A stretch of 61,465 bases of DNA, counting the filler, from Sphacelaria rigidula (lineage: Eukaryota), in the NCBI GenBank assembly GCA_964200075.2. It is 6 parts of 6 records of this genome, joined end to end, with 100 filler letters (N's around TTAATTAATTAA, not from the genome) between each part and the next. Parts side by side here need not be neighbours in the genome. Positions count along the whole stretch, not along the records: positions 10,264 to 20,426 come from CAXNAA020007008.1; positions 20,527 to 30,686 come from CAXNAA020007009.1; 4 more parts are not named here. One strand, written 5' to 3'. The position numbers were made by a program, and so were the translations under genes. The notes below the pieces were generated by a model. The model ran no database searches. It had not been told where the DNA came from and was given only the letters and a program-made list of their open reading frames with translations. This document shows, one piece after another, positions 13,201 through 24,800 of this stretch; the first letter of the stretch is position 1, and every line of letters starts with the position of its first letter.

Positions 13201-14858
13201 ATCGACTCCGAGTCCCCGAAGCGTCGGTAGGCTCAACAGAACGACACCATCTGTCCCCGGCATGATCGCAAACGATAATGGGGGTAATTTTGCTGGCCTC
13301 CAGGTAGTCAGGAACGCCAACTGTAGGTGAATTGTACGCTCCGTCACATTTATACGTTGCCCAGATGCGGTGATGGCCTGCCGCGCCCCGAGCGAAAACG
13401 GAATTCGGATTTGCTCACCGGGGAGTAGACGCTCCAGCATCTCCACAATTAGCACCGACATGCTCGTGAAATGGACGCCTGAATCCAACACCGCTTTGAT
13501 CGATATAGCTCCCCGCGCCCGTTGATCGGGCAGATACAACTCGGCAGGGACATAATTCTCTTGGTCCTCGACCGGCATCTGCTCCGCCGACTGATGGGTC
13601 GTAATCCCCACTTGGCGCAACGGCTGCGCGCGCGGCGTAGGCAGAGACGCCCCCGCTGGGGTCACCGGCACCGCCGGCGGGTACGAAGCCCCGCCCATAG
13701 AGTCAAATTGCAGCGGTACCCCGACCGACGCAGCAGCGGATTCAAATTTCAGCTGAAAACCGGCCGGCTCCGCTGCCGGCGTCTCGCCTTGCTCTGCTGC
13801 CGGCGGCGCCGGCACCGAGCCCGACACTAGAGAGGTCGGTCCCACTTGCACCGCCCGTTGCGGAGCAGCAACCCCTGCGGCTGAACCGAACCCAGAACAG
13901 GACCCCTGTTGACGCCGCTGTCCCTGCTGCTGCTGCTGCTGGGAACTCGACTGTGCACCTCCACCGCTGGAGGATCCGCCGCTGCCGCCACCACGACTAC
14001 CTCGTCTTCTGTGATTGCGAGAGTACGTGGCACTCGTCTGCCCAGGCTCTCGTTGGGCACTTCCGTGCGATGTGACCGACCTGGCCACACTGAAAGCAGG
14101 TAAAGTTGGAGGCGGCACTGCCTGCGGATTTTGATCCGCGGTTACGCGAGCTCGAAGACTGCGGCGACGAAGTGGATGTTTTCCGAATACTTCGACCCGT
14201 CGCCATGCCTGAGCTTCAGCCACCATGGTATCCATGACTAAATACGGGTCCGACTTCAAATTTGTTTCGTGCTGTAACTGTACAAGCACTGCCTGCTTCA
14301 ATTCCGCCGGTGCCAGACCGTCCACCATCGCTTGGGTGACCACCGTAGCGGGCCCTGGGCGAAATTTCCCATCGGACGAACGATAAATCATCTCTACGTT
14401 GGGATTTTCCGAAAAATACGTCTCCAACTTACCCATTATGGGCTCTACCCTCTCACGCATAGCCCTTCCCTTGTGGTTCATTGCGACAGCCTTCGCCACG
14501 GCCGCGGACGCCTGAGTAAGCTCTACCTCCGCTCCTGCCGCATGCCCTGCGTGCTTCTTTATCGCTGCGGCCAACTGCAGCGGCGTTATGGTATTTTTTC
14601 ATGGAACCTTCTCGCGAAGACGCGTTGCAAGGGGGTAGGCACTAGTTGCGCCATAGAAACCACCTGATGCCTCACCGCACCCCCTGCATTCGCATGCTCC
14701 CCCCTCCGTTTCTATTTCATGTATTTCGTGTAAAACGACCGAGAGGCATCCTCAGAATACAAACCCCCGTAACTTCGCGGCTGCAACTCTTCCCTTAGAA
14801 CGACTGGGGTTACCGTCGTTTCTGCTGGCTCGATTGCTGGTACCTCAGTAGTCGACAT
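10264..14858 (-). mobile_element. Decayed Ty3/gypsy LTR retrotransposon gag-pol (gag with CCHC knuckle, protease, RT, RNase H, integrase), truncated by the scaffold edge
   Basis: Gag ATG at about 14858; CFQCGQVGHIARKC knuckle near 14050-14095; protease AVLDSG. RT motifs FGKLDLLQGYWQ, RVPQGVLNA and KIWVDG. RNase H MFPDAS...WATIDKEEFAIV. Integrase H..GHRG...CLHC, VHFDF and WVSD. Order PR-RT-RH-IN. Multiple frameshifts and stops. Confidence 0.95.
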
Positions 14859-14961
14859 TGCCGAGCGGAAAGTCGAAGATTTGTGAAACCTTCTCGAACT
14901 TCAGATCACACCTGCTTTCTTCGCCGCTCCAACACAGCCCTGGGGTCGTATAAACACCCGC

Positions 14962-15417
14962 TGTAAGCACCTCCAGCAAGTCTCCAGTATGGATCAATCA
15001 CGGGCCAGCCGCCACAGCTACCTCAGCTTGAAGCCTCCTCACGCGTCCGTGAAGCTCTATGCCCGAGGCTAATCACAAGCTGTCCAGACGTCTCCCTGCT
15101 GAAAATTTCAGCAGTCTCAAACGATAGCTCCTGCTAGCACGCCAAGCACTAGCACTAATATCGATATTGTGAAGCTAGCAGGTTGCTAGTACTGCAGCGT
15201 CTAAATGCTGTTGAGGGACTCCCCAGTTCCACTGGCCTCAAGGTCTCAGTTGTCAGTCTTCACAACACCTTATCATTATTTGGAGTGAACACCTACAACC
15301 CCGTACCATCAGGCCCGGGCTGAACAGCAAGGGTTATCATCCGCAGGATACCCTTGTCCCCTGGTCATAATCCAGGATCCACTATATACTCAACCGTGAC
15401 GGCGTGATTTCGTCACA
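14962..15417 (-). repeat. Candidate 5' LTR of the gypsy element
   Basis: On the minus strand TGTGACG...CTTACA (TG...CA) lies just upstream of gag. The partner LTR is not in the scaffold. Confidence 0.35.
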
Positions 15418-16460
15418 GAACCGTTCATAGAGTTAGCGTTTATTTGGTATGAATTTTTCCCATTGTTAACACTAAACTCGAGTCATCTCATGCAGGCGCT
15501 GAGCTTGCGCAGTGGAGAAACGGCACAAAACTCAAGCTGTTCAATTGATTAACGATTGATTGATTGTCGTACTTTAACTGCGACCCCCCAGGGGTCCAGC
15601 CGTGGTCTCATGATAGACGTACCCAAGAAAAACAAAATTGAAACACTCGCTGAAGAAAAAAAGGAACATGAAGAAAAAAAAAGTCGAACATAACGACATA
15701 GTAGACTCAGACGTAAATCAAAATGTCGGCACTGAACTCAAGTGTAGTTTATGTCTTTCACAGCGACCCTCCAACCTACACTCAAGTAGTTTAATGTCAA
15801 CCTAAACTCAAGTGGCTGAGTATCAACGCTAAACTCGAGTAGCAGTTGTATTGAACACGGCATGCTTGACACAATAGTTCAATCCCACGTACCCTGTGAT
15901 CACACCCGAGACCAGGAGATTTGCAACGTCCGGAGGTACGGCCGAACTTACAGCACGACAAAAATCTTCATGGTTTCCCCCTTCGTTTCCCTCGTCTTTC
16001 TGTACGACCTCGTGGTATCCGAAGAGCTCAACTTCTCAAGCAACGCGGCAAATGGAGGGGCATCAGTCCCCGAATACGTTCACATATTATCCAGAAACGC
16101 AGCGTGATTCCTGTAATATGCGCACTCTCTACCGCTCTACATGAGTACCACGTGTTGCCGCAAGTCTCTTTTGTTGTTGCTGTTCACATTGAACAAGAAA
16201 TAGTGCAGATGACAGGATCGATTTCCAATCTTCCCTATATCTCACATTCCCCGCGAAGATGTTGAACACATTTCGTTACACGTCAATATCTAGAGCCAAA
16301 TTCCGAAATCGTACATTTATTTAGACTTGACTACCTCCCTCCTCTCGTCGAATCAATTGGGTAGGTGCAGTTCTTCTGGACAACAACGTGATCAGGTTAA
16401 ATCCTACAAAGATATACGACCCGCTGATCAAGATGCATGGCCCCACGAGAAGCGACGCAT

Positions 16461-16803
16461 CACACGCGGCCATCTGGCTACCCCCTCCCAAATTTGCCTC
16501 CAGAAGAAAAGGCAAAACAAACCTCCGGAGGACTTGAATCCCTCTGGAGGAAACCAAACAACAGCCCTCCGGAGGGCCGCGCACCCTTCCGGAGGAATTT
16601 GGGGGTAGTAGTATGTCCCCGGAGGGATGCACGGCCTTCCGGAGGCAAAAGAAGCCTCTGGAGGAGTTTAATTTCTCTGGAGGAAACCAAAACATGCTTC
16701 TCTGAAGGGCCGCGCACCCCTCCGGAGACGTTTAATTCCTGTGGAGGCTCGAAAAATTGATCGCTCTGAAGGAATTATGGGGAAAGTCAACTGGCCTCGT
16801 GTG
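16461..16803. mobile_element. CACTA/EnSpm-like MITE, copy 3
   Basis: CACACGCGGCCATCTGGCTACCCCC left TIR and a degenerate right TIR ...CTGGCCTCGTGTG. AT 2-bp flanking repeat. Confidence 0.7.
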
Positions 16804-18970
16804 ATCCGCCGGTGTTTTGTTTGAGAGCGCGAACGTGACCAGCTCAAGGCTGTGCGAGAACCTCGCGCCCAAGTCGTCAGGGGAGCTCCGCTCAACCACA
16901 CGGAGTGTGAACGTTAAGTAGAACGGAGTGTTTGGTCCTGCTTGAAGCCTGTCGTTACCGAATATAATTGTGTGTTTCTAAATTGTAGCGCTGCCAGCTT
17001 CGCTGATATCCGGGTAACGTGTGCGATATGAGTGACACAGTACATTATATATTCCGTGTTTTCCAAACGTTCTTGTCCCCCCGATAAAGACCCGTATGGT
17101 CGCCCTTGACGAGTGGTGTTTCGGTGCCCGTCAAGACACGATTATGACAAAAGCTTCAGCAGTTCGTTCTTGGAAACAACACGGCACACATATAAATGCT
17201 GGATCGAGACTATTTCCTGATTATGTTCTCTATGGCGACAGGATTATTCGACACTGAGAAATAGGAAGATGCAATACCAGTATCATCTAGGCATGAAACG
17301 CGGCAGCTCCGGTTCTCAGAGCACACATGCCTCGCACAGGTGCAGACGGTAAACATACATACATCAATGCCATTCTCCTTTGCCCTCTGCTCCTGGGCTG
17401 TTCATCTTTTAGGTTTGAGTTTCGCCACATTCGACATCAAGTATTTTTACCGTGGTGTCTCCAACAATCAAGGCAAAACAGTCATCACCCACTTCAGTTA
17501 TGATCATCCCTCGCGGCCGATGTCGAAACCAAACCTCATCATACAACACTAGAAGAAGAGCCGCACAGCGGCGGGCACGCGATACCGTCAAGGTGCACCC
17601 CTGGTTCGTAGGTTCCAACGACTCTTGCTTCGGAAAACAATCTCCAAGAGCGTCCCGAAAGCTCATTTTCCCTTCTACAGTTACTTATCCCCGGCATTTT
17701 GAGAAGCACCGCTCTACCTCCCCCGTTCCGTGGCCTTGTCTCTTCAGACCGCCGAAGCTTTAGCTGCTACGCAAGCGCATATACAGAAGAAGCACCACTC
17801 GACCTACCGCGCCCCGTGCTCTTGTCTTTCCACTATTGTTCGAACCATTCGCGCAGTTTTCACTCTACATCAATAACGTCGTACCTATGCCCCCAACATT
17901 TAACGCCGTACCAAGGCCAGCAAGGACCGGGGTAAGGCTTGCCCTGACTGTATGTTATGGCAACCATGACCTACAAAACTTGGTGTGGGGGGGGGGGGGG
18001 GGGGGTGTAGGGGGGGTTGGGGTGTTGTTTGCACGGGCAGCGGAATCGCCCTGTCTCCAAACCGTCACGTAACTGTTGCCCAACCCCCACGGACTACACT
18101 GTAATATACAATTAACTAAAACAATGGCAACGTAATAAGAAAAGGTAGCAACGGCGCTATTCGATAGCTGGCGCATATTTACTACCGTAGGGCGACTCAG
18201 CCCATAATTTTCAAGTGTGAAGTTCCCAACTTTGGAGATTTATTTCGATCCTCGAAGCTCGTCTACTCAAGTGCTACCCAGTAGTTACGGGATTTTGAAT
18301 GCTGCCGCAATTTGTTTTTACCCTCCTCGAGATCTAGGCTGCCGTCACAGATGCGGTTTTTTCATGGTGATTCGTGGTCGAATGACAGGTCGCTCCACGG
18401 GTGCCATAGGTTGATTTTCGTCCGCTCGGTGTGTCGATCCTCTGTGCTCAGTCGAGGAGACAGACAGATAGATAGACAGGTGGGGCGTGGCGGGGGCGGG
18501 AGGATAGAGTGAACCGAAATACAGGATAACAGACAGGGAGCAAGGGGGAAAACAGAAGATGGGAGGTGCTGGGGAGAGGGGGCGAAGGAAGGGGGCGGGG
18601 GAGAGGTACCGAGATGGAGATACGGAGGCAGAGAAGAGCTTTGAGCACAGAGGGTTACCATGAACACGCACAACAGCAGAATTTCAATGACACTTTCGGA
18701 GAAGATTTCAATACACTGTAAATACTGCGGCCCATCCCTCCGGTTCCCCCTGCATCATTTCTACCCCTTTCTCTTTTCTACCCCCTTTCCCCTACCCGGG
18801 TGCGACGAGCCTTACTCCTCTGCCCCCCTCCCCCCCCCCGCGGACCCTCTCGAGGTATCCTCGTTCAAGTCAAGTTAAACGATGTGTAGGTCAGCGCTCT
18901 ATTCCTAGTCTCCAGCCCCCGCATGCCGTCCCCCCTCCTCTTCTGGCCCTGGGTCTCTGGAGTTACTCAC

Positions 18971-19084
18971 ACTTTGGTTAGCGTTAGAGACTTGTAGGTC
19001 GGCGATCTCTGGAGTTTGAAGCTCGAGGATTTCTTGAGCACAGCTGCTTTCATCATGGAGGGTCTTGGCGATCCTGCGTCAGAC
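18971..19084 (-). CDS. Isolated internal exon of an unknown gene (SDAGSPRPSMMKAAVLKKSSSFKLQRSPTYKSLTLTK)
   Basis: Pyrimidine-rich tract with ccaccag acceptor and gtgagt donor; 114 nt, open frame. Confidence 0.5.
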
Positions 19085-19758
19085 CTGGTGGAAATGCACA
19101 AGAGAGCACACAAGCAAGCACAGGCAGGCAATGCGCACTCACAGATACTTACATATATTCATACGCACTCTGTTCGCGTGGCATTGTATCAATATACGTA
19201 TGTATGCAGACGAGCAAATGTCGACTGTTCGAAGTACCAATGGCGTTAGCAGGGCAACTTAGACTTGTTGAGGACTTGGGATGAGCTGAACGTGGGAATG
19301 TCGCGTGTGTACCTCTCTCAGGTACCATGATAAAACTTGAAAAAAAGGCGTTGATGACCATTACAGGGGTGTATTGTTTAGCCCTTGACGTGACGCTGCG
19401 GCGGACTTGGCGAAAAACGAACGAGGCAAGTTCATGATACTTTCAAAAATATATAATATATGCATGTATATGCGTCACTCCACGAGACCTCTTAACTGGC
19501 GGTCGTACTTAACAAGAGCTAGCAGTTGATTGTTGCCATAGTGGCTACTGCGTTTTACTACCACTGCGTGAGTCCGGCTAGCGTTCCCACTTGTTCGTCA
19601 ACTTTGAAATCAAGGACGGTCAAAATCATTCAGACAAAGTTCCACTTTTAGGCTGAAAATTTGCCGCGATAATTTTTCTCTTCGCTATTTACGGTTGTTG
19701 TTTCAAAGTGAGGCCGGCCTCTGTGCGTTTCCAGGCCATCGACCGAGCAGCAATGCTA

Positions 19759-20027
19759 CGGTAGGGGTTGCATTTGTTTTTGTCTCTGGAGCTCTCCTTC
19801 TTGTAGGAGCACAAATACATGGGGCTTACTTACTGTGCGACCCTAACCCTTTGGGGACCGGACTCCCGGAAACCCAAGTCGGTGCTTGCGCGCAGGGACT
19901 GTTTCGTGAATCGGCATCATTTTCAGTCTTTGTCGAGTGAAAATGATCCCGATTCACGAGATGACCCGTCCAACACCCCGAGCAGCCCCGAGAAACGTTT
20001 TCGCGTGAAAAAGTGCAACCCCTACCG
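19759..20027. mobile_element. Tc1/mariner-like MITE with TA target duplication
   Basis: TA|CGGTAGGGGTTGCA ... TGCAACCCCTACCG|TA, a perfect 14-bp TIR. A related inverted copy lies at about 48012-48248. Confidence 0.8.
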
Positions 20028-20125
20028 TATCGTCACTCCCCCGGTCGAGTTCCTGGGCGTGGAGACCAAGCAGTTGTGCCGTGCTTCTCGTGGACATTGG
20101 AAGCGCAGACACTTTTTACGATTGC

Positions 20126-20349
20126 TCCCCCCCCAAACCAGCCCAAAACTGTCACGAAGAAAATGGTCTTAAAGCGCCTGATGTTTGGGTTCAGGCTGCA
20201 TGAAGAGCCCCATATGGGCGACATGGGCGAGAACGAACCAAAGCGTGGGAATCCCCAGCTGCTCGTTGTGCTCGGCTTTTTCCATTTCGATTCACGTGAA
20301 CATTTCGCCTCTCTAAACCAGGCACTTTGGGGGGGGGGGGGGGGGGGGC
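20126..20349. repeat. Dispersed ~220-bp repeat bounded by C and G homopolymers (copies at 21446-21692 and inverted at 33120-33355)
   Basis: Shared core CCCAAAACTGT..GAAGAAAATGG...GCATGAAG...CATATGGGCGACAT.GGC.A.AACGA...GCTGCTCG.TGTGCTCGGCTTT. Confidence 0.75.
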
Positions 20350-20604
20350 GAGTGTAAAAAAGCCCCACCGAAGAATAAATTTTTTTGGCGTGTTGTTTTC
20401 TTTGACAACCCCACCCCGCCACCGAANNNNNNNNNNNNNNNNNNNNNNNNNNNNNNNNNNNNNNNNNNNNTTAATTAATTAANNNNNNNNNNNNNNNNNN
20501 NNNNNNNNNNNNNNNNNNNNNNNNNNCCCCCCCCCCCCCAAAAGTGCGGTTCCCCCCCGAAAGGGCGGCGGCGTCAATGGCCAAAACACTGCAACAAACG
20601 AGTA

Positions 20605-20636
<32 letters not shown>

Positions 20637-20815
20637 GCGCCGGGCTCAACATCATTTACAGATACTGATCAAATATCGAAAAACACGTGTTCTGCTTCTA
20701 GCAATCGGCTGTCATGTGCCAGTAAACTTGTGGAAGATGAAAATCACGACCCCCTCCGTCTCTGGATCCTTGCCCCTCCAAGAAATGGCACCCCATCAAT
20801 CTACGTCCACTGTAC

Positions 20816-21800
20816 CTCTTCATCGAAACCATGGCCGTGCCGAACCCATTGCCACCCATCACTCCCGCACTGCCCACCCCCGCCAATCTCCCGCCCCCAG
20901 GCCCCGCACGTCCACGAATGCCCGAGGGCGTAGCCCTCACCGCCCCTGCGGCAGCATCTCCGCCATTCCCAGCATGTCTAGGGCTTGGAGGGGGGTTTCT
21001 TGTACTTGCAGCAGCGTCGTTAGCGTTGCGACGAGGTCCGGTCGGGAGCCTTACGCTGTAATGACAGGAAGGTCGGTTCTTTGCCTTGCAGAGACTTGCC
21101 AGCGTAGGTTTCGGGCGAGAAGGGAGGCGGAGCGGGTACAGGGACAGGGTTAGTTTTTCCAATACCAGACACGTGGAGCTATCTATGGTTCATCCGGAGC
21201 AAGTTCTCGTGTGTCCACAGAGGATATAATGGAAGATATGCCCGACACGACAGGCTCCCAAGACCGGAGTGGAGAGGGTGTAGTTACGGCTGAGAGCAAT
21301 ACGGAATGGTTGTGGTATTGTGTCGCAGAGAGGGTACAACTACGCTCATGGTGCCCGGATATTTTCCAGTGGCAAACGCCACGTTTTCGAGGTATCCACG
21401 AGGACGTATACAGTACTGCAACTGAGTGATGCCGCGATAGGCCCTGCCCCCAACCCAGTCCCAAAACTGTTGAAGAAAATGGCTATACAGCGCATGATGG
21501 ATGGTTTCAGACTGCATGAAGTGCCTCATGAAGTGCCTCTCATGGGCGACATTGGCAAAAACGATCCCAAGGGTGGGAGATCCCAGCTGCTCGGTGTGCT
21601 CGGCTTTTGTCGTTTCGATGTACGTGTAGATTTCACCTCCTCAAACCAACAGCTTTTTTTTATTTTTGGGGGGGAGGGGGGGAGGGGGGGGGGTTATTGC
21701 GGCATCATTGGAAGGGAGCTCCGCACGACNNNNNNNNNNGTGTGTTGGTTCTTGGGGTTGGTGGGGTGTTGCCCCGCCACGTGCCTGCGGTTTTTTTGTT

Positions 21801-21835
<35 letters not shown>

Positions 21836-24800
21836 TTGCGGCATCATTCAAAGGGTGCTCCGCAAGACACGACTGGGCGACGATGATCCCTGTACGGTGT
21901 ACGTGTGCTCATTGCTACCAAATGATAGGTCATGCTCTGGGAGGAACGAGATGAATCGACGGCGATGCACAAGGATATTTGGGTGATGATGAGCTCTATG
22001 ATGGGAATAATATATCTTGGATTGTTTGGAAATCGTATCGGGCGTTCTTGGACAAGAGTAGTACGCCAACGGCCGTGTACAAATCAGGGGAATGAAATGG
22101 CGCTCACGTACTCGTAGTGGTATTGGGTACGCGTAAGACACGAACACAGTATCGTTTTTTTTTTCGGCTGTTTGGACTGGCAGAATCATCCATATGATTC
22201 GGTTGCATCCAAAAAAAATCATTGCAATCCGCCACGCCTGTCGCGTGCGCAAGCCGCGCTAGAAAAAAGCGGTTCCGAAAATCACACCAGGGCGATATAT
22301 GGTACAAGAGGAGCCCGATTTCGCCGCCTCGGCAGTACAGAAGCACTACAAAACAGCCCTGCGGGGGTCAACACAACGTATCCCTCCTTGTGATAGGTGC
22401 TAGGGCTTCGTACGATAACAGCGAAAACAACAATAGTGACGGAGATTGACCGTTTTTTGTTTGTTCATCGCCCGACGCGCCAAAACCGGGTGATACCTTT
22501 ACTACAGTCCCTGATTTCGTCTCGCGCCTGCGATGGGCTTGGCGGACTGCCGTGCAAGTTTGGGATCCCACATCTCAAAAACAGGAAGTAATCCAACAAA
22601 TGCAGTTGAATAGGGAAAAAATCGTTCGCGGTGGTCAGCCCGCGATATACCCACCTCACACAAACCGGCACACCTGTACGTATCGCTTGGACGTAACAGG
22701 CACGTAGTCGCATCGTCCGTTCACGGTGTGCATTGCACGCACCAGACAAGAAATCACGAAGCGCGCCAACAAGCCGAACGTGCCGAACAACTTTGTATTC
22801 CTCTGGGGGAATGATTAGGTCGTCCGTGATGCTGCTGCAGGGTGTTATTGTGGTGTAGTAGTCACGAACGGGAGGTGATATCCGTCACGCCTGACGTGGA
22901 TTGTGTGTTCCAACGAGGCTCCTTTGGCGCATTACCGTCGGTACTAACCGGCTTGCAGCTCTGTGTTCCTTACCCCGGCTCTCCTCCTTTGGCAAACCAT
23001 CAAGCGGTCGACTTTAGCGGAGCAGCTTTCGAATATTCTTCTTCCAAACACTTCTACACGTGAAATATTGGATACTTTTCCCGAGTTGTTGCTGAAAAGA
23101 AATTCGACGCTAGATTTTTGGAGAATATTGTTATCAGTCTCAAACTAACACTTTGCCTGCGAGCGGTGGTCCAGCTGTGATACTTTCAGTTGAAAAGGGA
23201 ATGGAGGCCTGCAAGCCTGGTGCGGCGAAAACCCGGCGTGCTCCGTCCCGTGTTGTAGGGGCGCACCTTCCATGGGGTTGGCGTCGGTTGGCGATGACGC
23301 TGTAAAACACGCCACTCACTGCGTAAGCTAGGCAACCAGGTTACCGTTTTTTTTTGCGGTAACCATGATGGTGGTCGAGCTAGATCACAATGTGCGCGGT
23401 GTGAGAACCTCAACTCCGCGCAAAGGGGACGATCGTACTACGTGGTGTTTAGATGGTGTGACACCCACGAGGCAGTGTATAAGCCGTGACTGTCTCTGGA
23501 AGTGGCCATACTACAAAATGAAGTGACTCATTGGAGGCTGTCATCCAAATGCAAGGTAATCAGTACGCTTCGGGCCGAACAATCTTAGCAGGATGCAGGT
23601 CACACTTCATGCGACTCGCCGAACACACCACGGCGCTTCGTGCTTAGGGATCGATTGCGAGCCTGGTCCGGCGAAAATACGGCGTGCTCCATCCCGGCTT
23701 TGTAGGGATGCGAGGCCAATGGTCGTATGACTATGGCATGCAAGATTATGAATACACTCCCTCTCCCCCCCTCTGGGTGGATATACTTTTTTCGGCCCAT
23801 CTTTTGCCTGACGTGATTTCCCGTACCGTTACCGGGGGGCGCGGGTATGCTCTTGATAAGATACCTGATTGCGGGTACGATTTTTGTGCAACCTCCACAC
23901 CCTACCCGACAGTTTCTGTGAGTTCTGTAAGCCTCCAATACCCTTACCCGACAGTTCTGTGAGTTCTGCCCAGAATGTTTACCCGTACCCGCAGCGCGGG
24001 CATGCTCTTGAACAAATACCCGATTGCTGGTACCGGTTTTATGTAAGCATCCCATACCATACCCGACAAATTATGTAACTTCTGTTAGACTTTCATCCAG
24101 TACCAGTACCCGACAGTTCTGTGAGCTCTGTAAGCCTCCGATACCATTATCCGGGGTTCGGGTATACCGTTAAATACATATCCGATTGCAGGTATGAGCA
24201 CAGGTACATACCTTGGGGAGGTACGGACATAGGTTCAATCCAAACACCACCCCATGACCTGAACATGTACCTCCCATCGATCAGCCCACCCGACTCCTTA
24301 ATTCAAAACTGCACACCAACAATAATTAAATATTGAAAAGTTATTTAGTTTGGCGTTTGACCCACTTTTTGACCCCCAAACAGCGAAAATCGCCAATACA
24401 CATCTTGGACACTTTGCATCACCCCCCGGAGAGGAGCCTAGCCCACTTTTCAGATTCGCTTGACTCCAAGGTCTCGAGAGTGGCCGCTGAACAATAATCC
24501 GTGTGCAATAAAATCTACGGCGATCTCCACAGATTATTGGGCAAATTGCCGCATGTTGGCAAGCACAGATTACACGAATTATTGTTCAACGGCCAATCTC
24601 GAAACCTCAGAGCCAAGCGAATCTGAAAAGTAGGCTACGCTCATCTTTGTGGGGTGATGCAAAGTGTCCGAGACGTGTGCTGGCGATTTTCCCTGTTTGG
24701 GGTTCAAAAAGTGGGTCAAACGCCCTAAAAGTGATCAATCCATTGGCGAAAAAATTGTTCGCCATAACATCCGGCCTTACACCCTGAAAGTATGCACATG

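Noticed and set aside
12740..13330. 196-aa plus-strand ORF
   Set aside because: Antisense shadow of the gypsy pol frame.
18971..19084. Phase-compatible candidate exon 3 of the Zn2Cys6 gene
   Set aside because: It lies on a different scaffold across an artificial spacer, so the phase match is coincidental.
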